Program-made: the position numbers and the translations under genes
The notes under the pieces: generated by a model
Databases searched by the model: none
Seen by the model: the letters and a program-made list of their open reading frames with translations, nothing else
What the model was told of the DNA's origin: nothing
In this document: positions 41,186 through 53,695 of the stretch, piece by piece
How positions within the stretch are numbered: the stretch's first letter is position 1
Layout: each line of letters begins with the position of its first letter
Assembly: GCA_014905635.1 (NCBI GenBank)
Contig: JABVCE010000008.1
Coordinates: 1,116,001-1,180,000 of the forward strand
DNA from: Scenedesmus sp. PABB004
Taxonomy: Eukaryota
DNA: 64,000 bases
Direction of reading: 5' to 3'

Positions 41186-41662
41186 GGCGCCGTAAGCGGC
41201 CTCAGCAGGCCTCAAGCAGCCACCCGCACGAGCTCCCCGGTCGCGCGGCCGCCGCGCGCTCCGGCGGGCCGCCGCAGCCGCTCCCCCGCCGCCGCGCGGG
41301 CCGTGCCGGCGCGACCCGGCGCTGACGAGCCAGCACCAGGTCAGCAGCACTCGCCCCACGCGCGCACAGCACACCGCGCCCGCGCCGGCAGCGGCGGCAG
41401 CGCGTGCGCACGCGAGGTCGCGGCGCGCGCGGTCGCGCAGCAGCGCGGGGCGCGGTGCGCGGTGCGCGCGTGGGGCGAGTGCTCACCTCGTGCTGGCTCG
41501 TGAGCGCGGGTCGCGGCGAAAAGTGTTCCTGAACCCGTTGCTGACGGGGCCCCAAGCCATTGTTCCGCACACGCGGCGCCGCGCGCGCGCCCGCCACAAC
41601 CGGTCAGCCGGGCTAGCTGAGGCGCCGGAGAGCGGTCGCAGCCCGACCCATGAGCTAGCGAG

Positions 41663-44002
41663 ATGGCGTCGCTACACTGCACCCACGGCGCCCGCGCGCG
41701 GGCGCCGGCGGCCCCGCGCGCCGCGGCGCCGCGGCCAGGCGGCATGCTGAGCGGGCGGAGCGGGCGGCGGCGGCCGGTGGCGCCCGCGCGGGCGGGCGCC
41801 TGCGCCCAGGCCGCACCGCAGCTGGAGGGCGCCCGCGTGCGCCCGGAGCCTCCAATTGAGGCCAACTCCATCGTTGCCTTCGCCCCGGCGCACCGCCTGG
41901 ACGAGGTGCGCCCCCTGGGCGCGAGGTTGACCTGGGATGCCGCCCGAGCATGCGCGCCCCTAACAGTAGCGCGCCGTCGCCGCCGCAGCCGGAGGGCCCG
42001 CCCGCGATGCCGCTGTTCGTGGCGCTGTCGGACGAGCTCGTGGTGGCCTGTCAGAAGCAGCCAGAGGTGAGGCCGCGGGCGTGCGTGCTTGTGCGGCTGT
42101 GCGGGCCACACCGGCGTCCGGGGCGCCCGGGGGCGGCGTGCTGGGCCCTCACGGCCGGGGCGGCGGCGGGGCGCGCGCGCGGGCGGCGGCGCCGTGCCGG
42201 CGCGCCGCCGGCCGCTCAGCGCGGGCGCCGCCGCTGCTGCCGCCGCCCAGGTCGCGCGCGGCGGGCTCAAGGCGCTGCAGTGCCTGGGCGTGTGGGGCGT
42301 CGTGGTGGACGTCTGGTGGGGCGACGTCGAGCGCGAGCCGCGGCAGTACGACTGGGCCGCGCACGCGGCGGTGCTGCAGATGGCGCGCGAGGCGGGGCTG
42401 CGCGTCAAGGTCGCGTTCTGCTTCCACGCCGACGAGCAGCACAGCCTGCCGCCCTGGGTGCTCGCGGCGGGCAAGGCCGTCCCCGACATCTTCCCCACCG
42501 ACCGCGCGGGCGCGCGCAGCACAGAGTGCCTCTCCGTCGGCGTCGACCACGGTGCGCGCGCCGCGCCGCGCCGCCCCGCCGCGCCCCGCCGCGCCGCGCC
42601 GGCGCGTGCCCACACGCGCTGCTCGCCCCGCCGCGCCGCCGCGCAGTGCCAGCGCTGGCGGGGCGCACGCCGCTCGCCGCGTACGGGGAGTTCATCGCCG
42701 CGTTCCGCGATGCCTTGGCGCCGCTGCTGGGCAGCGTCGTGACGGACGCCGACGTCGGGCTCGGCCCGGGCGGCGAGCTGCGCTACCCGTCGACGCCCGC
42801 CGACGCGCGCTGGAACTTCCCAGGCATCGGCGAGTTTCAGGTGAGAGCGCCGCGCCGCCACGCCACGTCGCGCTCGGGCCCCCACGCCCCCGCGTGCCCG
42901 CGCCGCGCTCGCGCCGCCGCCCTCGCCCGCGCGCGCACGCCCTCGCCGCTCACCCCCTCGCCGCTCACCCCCTGCGCCCTCTCAACCCCCCATGTACACC
43001 TCAGTGCTACGACCGCTTCATGGTCGCGTCGCTCTCGGCGGCGGCGCAGCAGGTCGGGCAGCCGCACTGGGGCAACAGCGGCCCGCACGACGCGGGCGGC
43101 TACTGCCAGTGGCCCCACCAGACCGGCTTCTTCCACCACCAGGGCAGCTGGGACAGCGAGTACGGGCGCTTCTTCCTGCAGTGGTACTCCGCCAGCCTGC
43201 TCGCGCACGCCGACGCGCTGCTCGGCGCCGCGCGCGCGGCGCTGCGCGGCGCGGGCGTCACGCTGCACGCGCGCCTGCCGACCATCCACTGGTGGTACAA
43301 CCAGGCGGCGCACGCGGTGCGCGCGCCCGCCGCGCGCGGCACGCGTCCCCGCGGCCCGCGCGCGCGCCTGCGGCCCGCTGCGCCGCGCCGCTGACGCGCC
43401 GCCGCCCGCGCGTGCGCGCTTGTCGCTGCCGCTCCGCAGGCGGAGCTGACGGCGGGGCTGTACAACAGCGGCGGCCGCAACGGCTACCTGGCCTTCTGCC
43501 AGGTGCTGGCGCGGCACGGCGCGTCGCTCGTGCTCACGGGCGGCGAGATGCGGGACTGCGAGCAGCCGAGCTACGCGCTCGCGAGCCCCGAGAGCCTGCT
43601 CCTGCAGCTGCGCGCGACGGCGGCGAGCCAGCAGGTGCCGGTCTCGCTCGGCAACCTCTCGGCGCGCTTTGACGCCGACGCGCTCGCGGAGCTCGAGCGC
43701 AAGGGCTTTGAGCCGGGCGGGCACCGCGGCATCGACGTCGGCCCGGTGTCGGCCCTCGTGGTCAACGCCATGGGCGCGGCGATGTTTGAGCAGCCCAGCT
43801 GGCGCGACTTCAAGGACTGGGTCACCCGCCTGCGCGCGCGCAACGGCGCGCTCGCGTCAGAGCGCGGCGCGCGCGGCCGCCGCGGCGGCGCTGGCAGCGG
43901 CAGCAGCAGCAGCAGCGGCAGCAGCAGCAGCAGCGGCAGCGGCAGCAGCGCGGCTGCCGCACGCGCTGCGGCGGCCGCCGGCGGCGGCAGCAAGCAGCCC
44001 CC

Positions 44003-44042
<40 letters not shown>

Positions 44043-44075
44043 GAGGCAGAGCAGCGGCAGTCGGCGCTGGTGTGA
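41663..44075 (+). CDS. Beta-amylase family (GH14) protein, probably catalytically inactive (BAM9-like)
   Basis: VVVDVWWGDVE, YDWAAH, LPPWV, GLGPGGELRYPS, FPGIGEFQ|CYD, YGRFFLQWYS, IHWWY, AELTAGLYN. Lacks the CGGNVGD loop and the GENAL motif. Confidence 0.9.
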
Positions 44076-44493
44076 GCGCCCCGGCGCCCGCGCCGTCGCG
44101 CAGCCCGGGGCCGCCGGGCGCGCGCCGTGCACACACGGCCGCGCCCGGCGGCGGGCGCGGCGCGCGCGCGCAGCTGCAGCTTGCACCGCAAACCGTTTGT
44201 CAGGCGCGCGCGCCTCTCTGTGTGTGCGGGTCCCCGTGTGTGTTGCGGAGTTTTGGCGGGGGCCGCGGCGCTCGGCGCGGGGCAGCGGCCTCAGCCCCGC
44301 CGCCCGCGCGCCGAGCGCCGCGCGCCCCCTGATTTTGTTGCCGACGCCCACGTGCGTGTGCCGAGGCTCGCAGGGCGCGCGCGGTCGCGCGCGCGCGCTG
44401 CGTGGGGGATTGATTGCGCGCAAACCACTCTGTAGTGTTGCCGGCCGGCGCTGCAGGAGTTTTTGGGAGAGCGTTGATCGCCAATGCGCTGCT

Positions 44494-44543
44494 GACGACG
44501 ATGCTGATGACGACGATCGATGATGATGATCATGATGATGATG
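44494..44543 (+). repeat. Imperfect (GAT/GAC)n microsatellite, intergenic
   Basis: gacgacgatgctgatgacgacgatcgatgatgatgatcatgatgatgatg. Confidence 0.85.
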
Positions 44544-45496
44544 CGGACCGCGCGCGCCGTCCACCCGGCTGTCACACCACCGCGCGCACCAGTTTTTCGG
44601 CCCGCGTGGCGCGCGCGGGTGCAGCCGTTCGGCTGGCGGCGGGCGGCGGCGCAAATCAAGGCGGCAGGCGTTGGATTCGCTCCTCTCCCGCTGGGGGCAC
44701 GCTCGTTTTGGACCCGGGCGCTCGTGCTCGCCCGATTCTGCCCGCGTCGGCGCGTGACGGCCGACCGCGGGTGGCGCAAGACTTGAATGCTCGAGACTGC
44801 CTGCTGGCGCGCGCCGAGGCACACCTGTGTGCCCTGCCTCGCGTTTTGGGCGCGCCAGCGGCAGCGACGAGGGCGGCGGCGGCGGCGAGGGCGGCGACGG
44901 CCCCGGCGCGACCAATCAAGCGACCGCGCGCGTGCATCCGTGTCTGCACCTGCCTGCGCGACTTGCCAGCGGCGGCGCCGCAGGGCGCCGCCGCTGGGTC
45001 TCTGGGGCAGCCCCCCTGCCTGCTGCTGCTCCCTATTCTGTTCCGCCCGCCCGCCCGCAGCAGGCTGGGCGGTGGGCGGCTGCAGCGCGGCCGCGCGTCG
45101 CGCCCGGGCTCGACTTGCTTTGGCGCGCGCCGCTCGCAGGGCACGCGCCGTAGGGGGCGGGCGGCCAACCACCTGGAACGATCACGCGCCGGTCGGCGCG
45201 CGCGGGCACATCGCCCGGCGCGCCTGCGCCGGACGGTCTCGGCGCGCGCGCCATTGACGCGTGGAGGCATGGGGGTTGGGTGTGTGTGGGGGGGAGACGG
45301 CTGGGCGCGGGCGGCGGCGGCGACGAGCGCGCCCGCCGCCCACGCGCGGGGGGCGCGCGGCCTGGTCAAAGTGCTGCTGGCGCGCGCTCCGAGTGCTCTG
45401 TACTCTTTAGAGTGACGACGGCCGGCGCGGGCGCATTGTCTTGCGGCCGCATACTACTGCTTTGGTGTAAAAGAGGGATCTTTTCGCGATCTTCAG

Positions 45497-46335
45497 AGCA
45501 ACTCAGGCCGTCCTTTGACCAGAGCGGCGCGGCCGCGCCCGACGCCAAGTCCGCGAGCGAGGCGCTGGCCGAGGCGGAGACAGCGTACAATGCCGCCTGC
45601 CCGTCGGAGCCCGCTGCCGGCGCGGGCGCGCAGCCGCTGCGGCGCGCAGGGGCGGAGCGGAGCAGCGGCGCGCAGCCGCTGCTCGGCTCGCCGGCGGGCC
45701 GGCACCCCCCGGCGTCCGCGCCGCCGGCGCGCCGCGTGCGCCTGGCCTCCGCGCCGCCGCCGGCAGGGCCCGCTGCCGACGCGGGCGCGCAGCTGCCGCC
45801 CATGTCGCCGGCCGGCCTGCGGCCAGCCTCGGCCGCCGCCGCCGCCGGCGGGTCGCCCGCTCCGAGCCGCTTCAACCTCAACAACGTTGTCATCGGGCCG
45901 TCCTTCAAGGAGCAGCTGGAAAAGGCGCGCAGCGAGCGCGACGAGGCCAGGCGGCAGGCGGCAGAGCTGCAATGGCAGCTGAAGCTCAAGCGGGACTCAT
46001 CGCAGCAGTGCCAGTCTGAGCTGGAGCAGTGCCTGCGTGCGCAGCGGCAGCGCCTGGACGAGCTGGAGGAGCTCCTGCAAGAACGCGAGCAGGAGCTGCG
46101 CGAGCTCCTCGCTCTGTTGCAGCAGGGGCGGTGGGGCGATCTGCGGCGGCAGCTGGAGGTGGTAACCGGTGAGTCGACGGCGGAAGAGGCGGGTTGGCTG
46201 GCGGCGATGGCGGCGGAAGGCAGCAACAGAGGGTGTCATGCGGGCGGCGTTGCACAGCCGTCTCGGCGAGCGTGTGGAGCAGCAGCGGTGTGGCACGGGC
46301 CAGGCTGGGGAATGGCGGCGGCGCGCTGCTGCTGA
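45497..46335 (+). CDS. Hypothetical coiled-coil protein exon (start not resolved)
   Basis: Coding-like stretch FKEQLEKARSERDEARRQAAELQWQLKLK...LDELEELLQEREQELRELL after a cttcag acceptor; TGTAA at 46396-46400. Confidence 0.4.
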
Positions 46336-46668
46336 CGCTGTGTAGGCGCCCGCGTGGCGCGGTGCGCTGGCACTGTGCAGCGGCGGCAGTTCCCGTGTAA
46401 CCACTCCCAGCCACCCCCGGTGCCGGCGCTCCCAAAGTGATGCCCACGCGCGCGCCGTGCCCCCCGCGGCGCCGGCGGTGCGCCGACAGCTCCCACTGCT
46501 GGGGCGGTGAAGTTTGCACGCTGCGGCGCTGCGAACATCCTGCGTGCGTGAGCGCAGCCTGCGCTCACGCGGTTGAGCAGTGCGTGCCGAGAACGTCCGC
46601 ACAGCCAATCCGAGGCCACGCTGCAGGTCCCCCCGATCCGTTTGTGCCGCGCCTGGGCGGCCTGCCGG

Positions 46669-48466
46669 CTAGCCGCGCTGCGCGGTGTGGCCCAGCACCC
46701 TGGTCGGCGCGCGCGCCGCCGCCGCCGCCGCTGCAGCCTCGCGGCCGGGCGAGCCGTGCGCGGCGACATAGTCCTGCGAGAGCGGCGGCGGCGGTGGCAG
46801 CAGGGCCGCGCTCGCTCCGAGCGCGGCGCCCGGCGCGCGCGCACGGCCGTGGCGCAGCGCCCCGTGCGGCAGCGACCGCGACAGCGCACGTGCGCGCGAG
46901 CGCCACCCAGCCACGGCCAGCGGGCGCCCACCTGCAGCGCGGGCGCCACCACCATATCATCCACGACGTGCCACACCGTGCTCACCAGCCCGCTCGCGAG
47001 CTTGGCGGCCGCCTGCGGCGCGCCGCGGCGACGGCGGGCCAGCGGGCGGCGGGTCGCGCCAGCCGGCAGGGAGCCGCGCCGGGCGCGCAGCAAACCCGCA
47101 GCCCAGCCGCGGCCCCGCACGCCGGCCCACGCCCGTGCGCACGCCGCGCGCGCACCTGCGCCGCCGCGTGGCCGCGCGAGCGCCGCTCGAGCGGCTCGCG
47201 CAGCAGCGTGCCGACCGCCGCCGCGAGGCCGTCGCCGCCGCTCACGCGCCAGACGGCGGGCCCGTGCGGCGCATAGGGCAGGTGTGTCGCGGGCAGCGTG
47301 TAAACGCCGCGATAGCGCAGGTAGCTCACGCCCCCGCCTGGGCCGCGGCGCACAGGGCGCGCGAGTGGGCGCGTGTGGGCGCGCGTGAGCGCGTGTGGGC
47401 GCGTGCGGGCGCGTGTGAGCGCGCCGCGCGCGTGTGCTTGGGGGGGGGGAGGCAGCGCGGCGCGGCGAGCGGCCCACCTGCGCCGCCCGCGCCGCCGCCG
47501 TGCGCCGCGTCGCGGCGGCACTCTGCCGCGGTGGGCGTCGGCGTCTCGCTCGCGCTGTGGAAGCCGCCGGGCGTGCCGACGCCGCTGAGCCGGCCCCACG
47601 CGTCGACGCTGTGCTGCCCCTCCAGCAGCCGGTCGCCGCTCGCCGAGGCGCCGCCGCGGCTGGCGCGCCGGCCAAAGCGCGCCGCCGCGCCGCTGCTGCC
47701 GGCGCCGTGGTGGCCGGGGTCCCAGCTGCTGGCGGTGCTGTTGAAGAGCGGCGTGGCCGCGAGCGACGTGGCGGTGGACGTGGGGCTCAGGCCTGCGGCA
47801 GCAGCGGCGGCGGCGGCGGCGGCGACGGCGGCGGTGGCACGGGCCCTGGCCCCGGCGTGGTCCAGCTGCCGCGCCGCGAGCGCCCGCACGCGCGGCCAGT
47901 GCGCACCCGACGTGCTGCTCGGCGTCGCGCCACCACCCGCCAGCTCCAGCAGGTTTGCGCTGCTGCTGCCGTGGTACAGCCCAGCCCCGCCGCTGGGCCG
48001 CCCGTGGCCGCCGCCCTGCGCCGCGTGGTGCGGCTGGTGCTGGTGCTGCGGCGGCTGGGGCCGCTCGCTGTCGCCGCTCGTGGAGCGCTCGTGGCGCAGG
48101 TTGATTCGCCGCATGCCGGGCGGCGGCGGCGAGGGCGTGGCCGCCAGGTCCATGTAGTGGGTGGAGCGGGAAGGGTCGCCCAGCCGGCTCGTGCCCGCAG
48201 CGGCCGCGCCGCCGGCCCCGGCTGCCGGGCCGGGCGGCGTCGACGCGCCCCCCGCCAGGCCGAACAGCCCGCTGCTGCTGCTGGCCCCTGCGCCGGCGGC
48301 GGCCGCCGCCGCCCAGCCGCCTCCGGCGGCGGCGGGCAGCTCGCCGCTCTCGCCCGGCGCCGCCAGCACCGCGCCGCCAAATGTCGGCGCCCCTTCGCTG
48401 TGGGCGACGGGCGTGCAGCTGCAGCGCGCGCACACCGCCGCTGCGTTGAGCTGGCCCTGCAGCTCT

Positions 48467-48516
<50 letters not shown>

Positions 48517-51187
48517 AGCACCCCAGTCCTCCCAGCCGACGCTGCCGCGCTTGTCGATGCCGTCCACCGCCTCGCCCACCGGGCAGCAGTAGAGGTCCAC
48601 GCAGCCGCCGCCGCTGCCCGGGCCGGGCGCGGGCGCGCTGCACGCCTCGTCGCAGCACACCAGCTCGCTGATGGTCGGGCTGCGCCCCATGCAGCGCGCC
48701 GCGCCGCCGGCCTCCTCGCCGTCCGGCGCCGCGCCCGCCGCAGCAGCGACCTCGTGCACCACGCCCGCCCCGCCCGCTGCGCCGCCGGCCATGGGCTCGC
48801 CGCCGCTGCTGGCGCCACGCCAGCTGCCCGCCGCCGCCCGCCGGCTGCCGCCGCCCCAGCTCCTGCTCGCAGCGCCGCGCAGCGGGCCGGCGCCGCCGTC
48901 GCTGCCCGCGCCGTCCTGCGAGAAGCGCTCCGGCGGCGTGGGCCCGCCCGGCCGCAGCCAGCCGCCGCCGCCGCCGTCCGCGCCAGCCGAGGGCGCCGCC
49001 CCCGGCGGCTCAGCGGCGCCCGCGTGGCAGCTGCAGCCGCAGCCGCCGTCGCTGGCCTCGCCCGCGCCGCCGCCGTCGGCGGTCGTGCGCGCGCTGCCGG
49101 TGCGCCCGCCCCAGCTGCCGCAGCCGCAGCACAGCTGCTGGCTCAGCAGCTGCGCCGAGTTGAGCGCCGGCGGCGGCGCCCCGCAGTAGGGGCTCAGCGG
49201 CGAGCGCCCGCCAAACGTCTGCGCCGAGTCCTCGGGCGTCGGGTACGGCGTCGTCGGCGTGAGCGGGCAGCGCGGCGAGCCGGGGCCGCTGCGGGCCTGG
49301 CCGTCGGGCCAGCCGCCGCCGTCCACGCTGCTCGCGGCGCTGTGGCCCGCGGCGCCGCCGCGTGCCGCGGCGCGCGCGCCGCGCGCGCGCGGGTGCTGCG
49401 GCCGCGCCGGCCGCGCCCCGCCGTGCCCCGTGCGGCTGGGCAGCGCCGGCCCCCGCCCGCTGCCCGCGCTCGAAAAGCCCTCCAGGCCCTGGCTGGGCAG
49501 CGGCTCCGCCAGCGGCCCGCCGCCGCCGCTGCTGCTGGCGGGCGTGGCCGCGCCCGTGCCGGCAAACGGCGTGCTGCTGGCCGCCGACGGCGGCGGCGCG
49601 CCTGCGGGGCGGGCACGCGCGCGGGCGGGCGGGCGGGCGCGAGCGCCGCTCGGTCGGCGGGCGCTGCGCGCGGTGCAGCCGCCGCCGCCGTCGCAGCAGC
49701 AGCAGCCGCCACCCCGGAGCAGGCCGGGCCCAGCCTGCCCGCACGCTCACCGAGCGTGGGCGGGTCGTAGAGCTGGAATGAGCCGTCCGGCAGGCTCAGG
49801 CTCGGGCCGTCGAGCAGGTCGAGGCTGCGGTCCTCGCCCAGCACGCCCAGCACGCCCACGCTGGCCGCGTAGCTCGCCCACACGCTCGCCTGGCGCGCGG
49901 GCGCGGCGCCGCCGGGCGCCGCAGCCGCCGCCGCCGCCGCCGCGGGCGTGCTGGCGCCGCTGCCGGCCGCGGCGCCCGCGCTCGGCGCGGCCGCGGGCTC
50001 TGCGCCGGCGGCGCCGCCGGCCAGCGGGTGCGGGCGGTATCGCCCGCTGCCGCCGCCGTCCTGCGAGTGCTGGTACGCGGCCGGCGCGGTCGACGGGCGC
50101 GCGCCCGGCGCCAGCTGCCGCTGCAGCGCCGCGCCGCCGCCGCCCATGTCGCGCGACCCCATGCCCTGCAGCAGCGGCTGCGCCGCTGGCTCCAGCACGC
50201 CGCGCCAGTGGCTGCCGTCGCGGGGCGAGGGCTCCTCGCTGCCCTCGCCGCCCGCGGCGTCAAAGCCCGTCACGCCCGGCAGCGGGCCCACGTCCGCAGC
50301 TGCGCTGCTGTACGCGGCAAACGGATCCTCGAGCGGCCCACTGCTGTTCACCGCCGCCGCCGCCTCCTCGGCCGCCATCACCTGCGCGGAGCGGCGGCGC
50401 AGCGGCGCAGTCGGCCGCCGCGCGCTGGCCGCCGCGCAGCCCGCCCCCACGCCCAGCGCCGCGCACCGCCGCCTGGTTGAGCTCGTCCGCCATGGTGTTG
50501 AAGTGCCCCGCGTGCTCGCCCACGAGCACGGCGCAGCCCGCGACCGCCGCCTCGGCGAGGTTGTGCCCGCTGCAGCCCTCGATCAGGGAGGAGCCGATGA
50601 AGGCGATCTCAGACACGCCAAAGAGCAGCGGCAGGTCGGCGGGCACGTCCACGAGCAGCACGTCCACGCCCTTGAGCAGCGCGGCCGCCGCCTCGGCCGC
50701 CAAGGCCGCCGCCGCCGCGGCGGCCTTGGGGTCGGCCGCGGCCGCTGCGGCCGGCGGCGCGCCGGCCGCCACCAGCTCGCCCGCGCCCGCGGGCGGCGCG
50801 CCCGGCAGCGCGGCGCGGCCGCCGCGCGCGCCGGGCTTGGGCGGCGCGGGCGCGGCCACCGGCGCGGCCGCCGGCGCCGGCGTGGGCGCGGCCGCCGCGG
50901 TGGGCGCGAGCGTGTCCACGACCGCGGACCACAGCGCGACCCGCAGCGAGAGCTCCTCGCCCAGCAGCGCCGCGACCTCGGCGCACCGCCCCGGCGCGCG
51001 CGGGGCGAGCGCGGTGAGGAGCCCCGGCCACTCCCGCGCGAGCTTGGCGTGCGCGGCGCCCACCGCCTCCTCCTCGCCGGGGGCCGTGTGCGCCGCGACC
51101 CACAGCGGCCGCCCGCCAAGGGCGCGCCGCAGCGCCGCGATGCTGCGCGGCAGGTGGGCGGGCGCCGCGCGGCGCGGTCGGCGCCCT

Positions 51188-51218
<31 letters not shown>

Positions 51219-52714
51219 TGCCGCCGCCGCCGCCCCGCCGCCGCCGCCGCCGCCGCCGCCCGGCCGCCGCCGCCGCCGCCGCCGCCCGGCCGCCGCCGCC
51301 GCCGCCGCGCCCGACCGGCGCGCCCCGCCGCCGCCGCCGCCCGCCCGGCGCGCCCCGCCGCCGCCGCTCACCGCTGCGGGCGCGGGCGCCAGAGGTGCCA
51401 GACGCTCGTGCCGAGCGCTGCGGCGTACTTCAGGTCGCTGCACCACCCGGGCATCTGCGCCAACGTGGCGCCGAGGATGCGGAAGCGGCCGACGTCCTGC
51501 GCCCGGCGCGCGGCGCGGCGGGCGCGGCGGGCGGGCGGGCGGGCGGGCGGGCGGGCGGTCGGGCGGTGCCGCCGCCGCCGCCGCTGCCGCCGCTGCTGCC
51601 GCCGTGCGCGCAGCGGCTGCCGCTGCTCACGATGTCGCTCTGCGGGACGATGAGCGCAAACGAGCCCAGCATGCGCCCCAGCAGCGCGCGGCGCGGGCGG
51701 CTGTTGAACCACGCCAGGAAGGCGCGGCTGCTCATGCGCGCGTTCAGCAGCGCCAGCCGCACGCCCGCGGCGGCGCAGCACTCCACGAGCGCCGGCCACG
51801 CCGGCGACTCCTGCGGGCGCACGCGGCGTCGGCGCGGCCCGGCGGGCGCCGCCGCGCGGTGCGCGCGCCGCCTGGGGTGCCGAGGGGCAGAAGGCGCGGC
51901 TGCCCCGCGCGCGCGCACCATGAGGATGCAGGCCTGCGGCCGCCAGTGCGCGAGGAAGCGGCGCACGCACGGCCCGCTGTCCAGGGGCACATACTGCACC
52001 GTCACCCGCGGCGGCAGCGAGTTCTGCAGCAGCGACCGCGCCTCAGGCGTGCTCGTGGTCAGCAGCACATGCACGTGCTCGTTGTACTCCTGCGGGGCAG
52101 AGCAGCAGCGCGGCAGGGGAGCGGCGTCGACGACGCAGGCGCGGCGGCAGCCGGCGCCCGGCGCTCGGTGCAGCGGTGCGCCGCTGCGGCGAGCGGCTGC
52201 TGCTCCGCGCGCGCACCAGCAGGCAGCGGAAGATGACGGGCAGAGCGACCGCGCTCTCGCCTGTCGCGGGCCGCAGCGGCGGCAGCGGGTGAGCGCGCCG
52301 CGGCGGCGCGCGGCGCGGCCGCGCGGCGCGGACGCGAGGGCGCGCTCACCGATGCTGAGGGCGTGGAACCAGAGCACTGGGCCCTTGGGGCGCGGCCGCC
52401 GCGCGACGCCGAGCCGCTCCCACTGCGCCAGTGGCGCAGCAGCGGCGGCGGCGGGTGCGGCGGGTGTCGGCGGCGCCGCGGCGGCCGCGGGGCCCCGGCG
52501 CTGCGCGAGGCGCGGTGGCGGCCGCTCACTGCGTGCTGGGGCGCCTCCTGGCCGCTGAGGGCGGCGAGCGCGAGCTGGCCGGCCTGGAGCAAGCCCTGCG
52601 GGCGTGGCGCGCCCTCAGCGCCGTCCGCGCGAGCCGGGAGCGTTCCCGCGAGCCGCCCCCGCCCCGCACCACGCCGTTCGCCGCCAGGGAGGCCAGCGAC
52701 GCCAGGGCCGCCAT
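46669..52714 (-). CDS. KDTA: 3-deoxy-D-manno-octulosonic acid (Kdo) transferase-like (GT30) with very large internal insertion
   Basis: WERLG, LWFHALSIG|E, VLLTTST, QYVPLD, VRRFLAHWRP, ES.AWP, LLNARMS, DLKY, GHNLAEAAVAGCAVLVG, then after the insertion VWRVSGGDGLAAAVGTLLREP...LVSTVWHVV. Confidence 0.85.
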
Positions 52715-52943
52715 GCTCGGCCCTACGCCGGGGCCGCGGACGCACGGCTCATCGAATCAGGCTGCGTGGGGCCGCCCGGTCGCGTGTGGGCGAGCGGAGC
52801 GGGCGGGCGGAGGGCTGGGGCCGCATCGGGGCGCACGGCTGTACAAGCGCCGCCGCGGCGGTGCGCCCTCTCGGCGGGCTCGTGCGCGGGCGTGGTTGCA
52901 GCGAGACACCGGCGCGTCGGCAGTGTCGTTCCCGCCCCATCTC

Positions 52944-53695
52944 TCACGCCTCCTCCTCGCCGGCGGCGGCCTTGGCGCCCCCGCCGCTCGCCGCGGCCGC
53001 CTCGGCCTCGCGCGCCGCGGCCGCTTCCTGCTCCAGCTGCGCGCGAACGGCCGCAGCGGGCACCTTCTTGGGGACCACCTCTGCGCGCGGGCGGGCGGCG
53101 GTGTGAGAGCTGAGCGCGCACCCGTGAGCGGCGCGGGCGAGCGCCCGCCACGCGCCGCGCGGCTCCCACCTTGCAGGAAGACGCCCGCCTCCCAGGTGGC
53201 CGCCGCCGCGGCTGCGGTGCGGCGTGGGTGCGCGGGGCGGCGCTCGCGTGAGCGCCGGTCGCTGGCGCGCGCGCGCTGCAGCGCGGCCGCGCTGCCAGCA
53301 GGTCCACGCACCGACGTCCTTGTAGTCGAGCAGCGCGCGGCCCTTGCGGCCCTCGTCCCGCTGCAGCTCCGCGTGCGCGCGCGCCGCCAGGTCCTGCAGG
53401 AACAGCTCCTGCGCACGCAGCGACGCAGCGGCGCCGCGGTCGAGGTCGGCGGCGCGCGCCGCCCCCCGCCGCGGTCGCTGCCGCGCAAGCCGCGGCGGCG
53501 CACCGCCGCGCGCGCCACGAGGAAGTTGGACTCTGCAGAGATGGTCTTGACGTCCGCCGCCTCGCGCATCATCTTCTTGATGCGCGCCAGCGGCAGCACC
53601 AGGCCGTGCGGCTCCTTGCCGCCGCTCGCGCCCGCTGGCGAGGGCGCCGCGACGTCCCCCAGCTCAGCCTGCGCCGCTGCGTCCGGCTCCGCCAT
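52944..53695 (-). CDS. H2A-like histone-fold protein (NF-YC / DPB3-POLE4 / CHRAC family)
   Basis: LPLARIKKMMREAADVKTISAESNFLVARAA|ELFLQDLA...LDYKDV...FLQ|EVVPKK. Confidence 0.85.

Noticed and set aside
49259..52558. 1099-aa plus-strand ORF and many other long Arg/Ala/Pro-rich ORFs
   Set aside because: Antisense or off-frame shadows of real genes; stop codons are rare at this GC content and no motifs are present.
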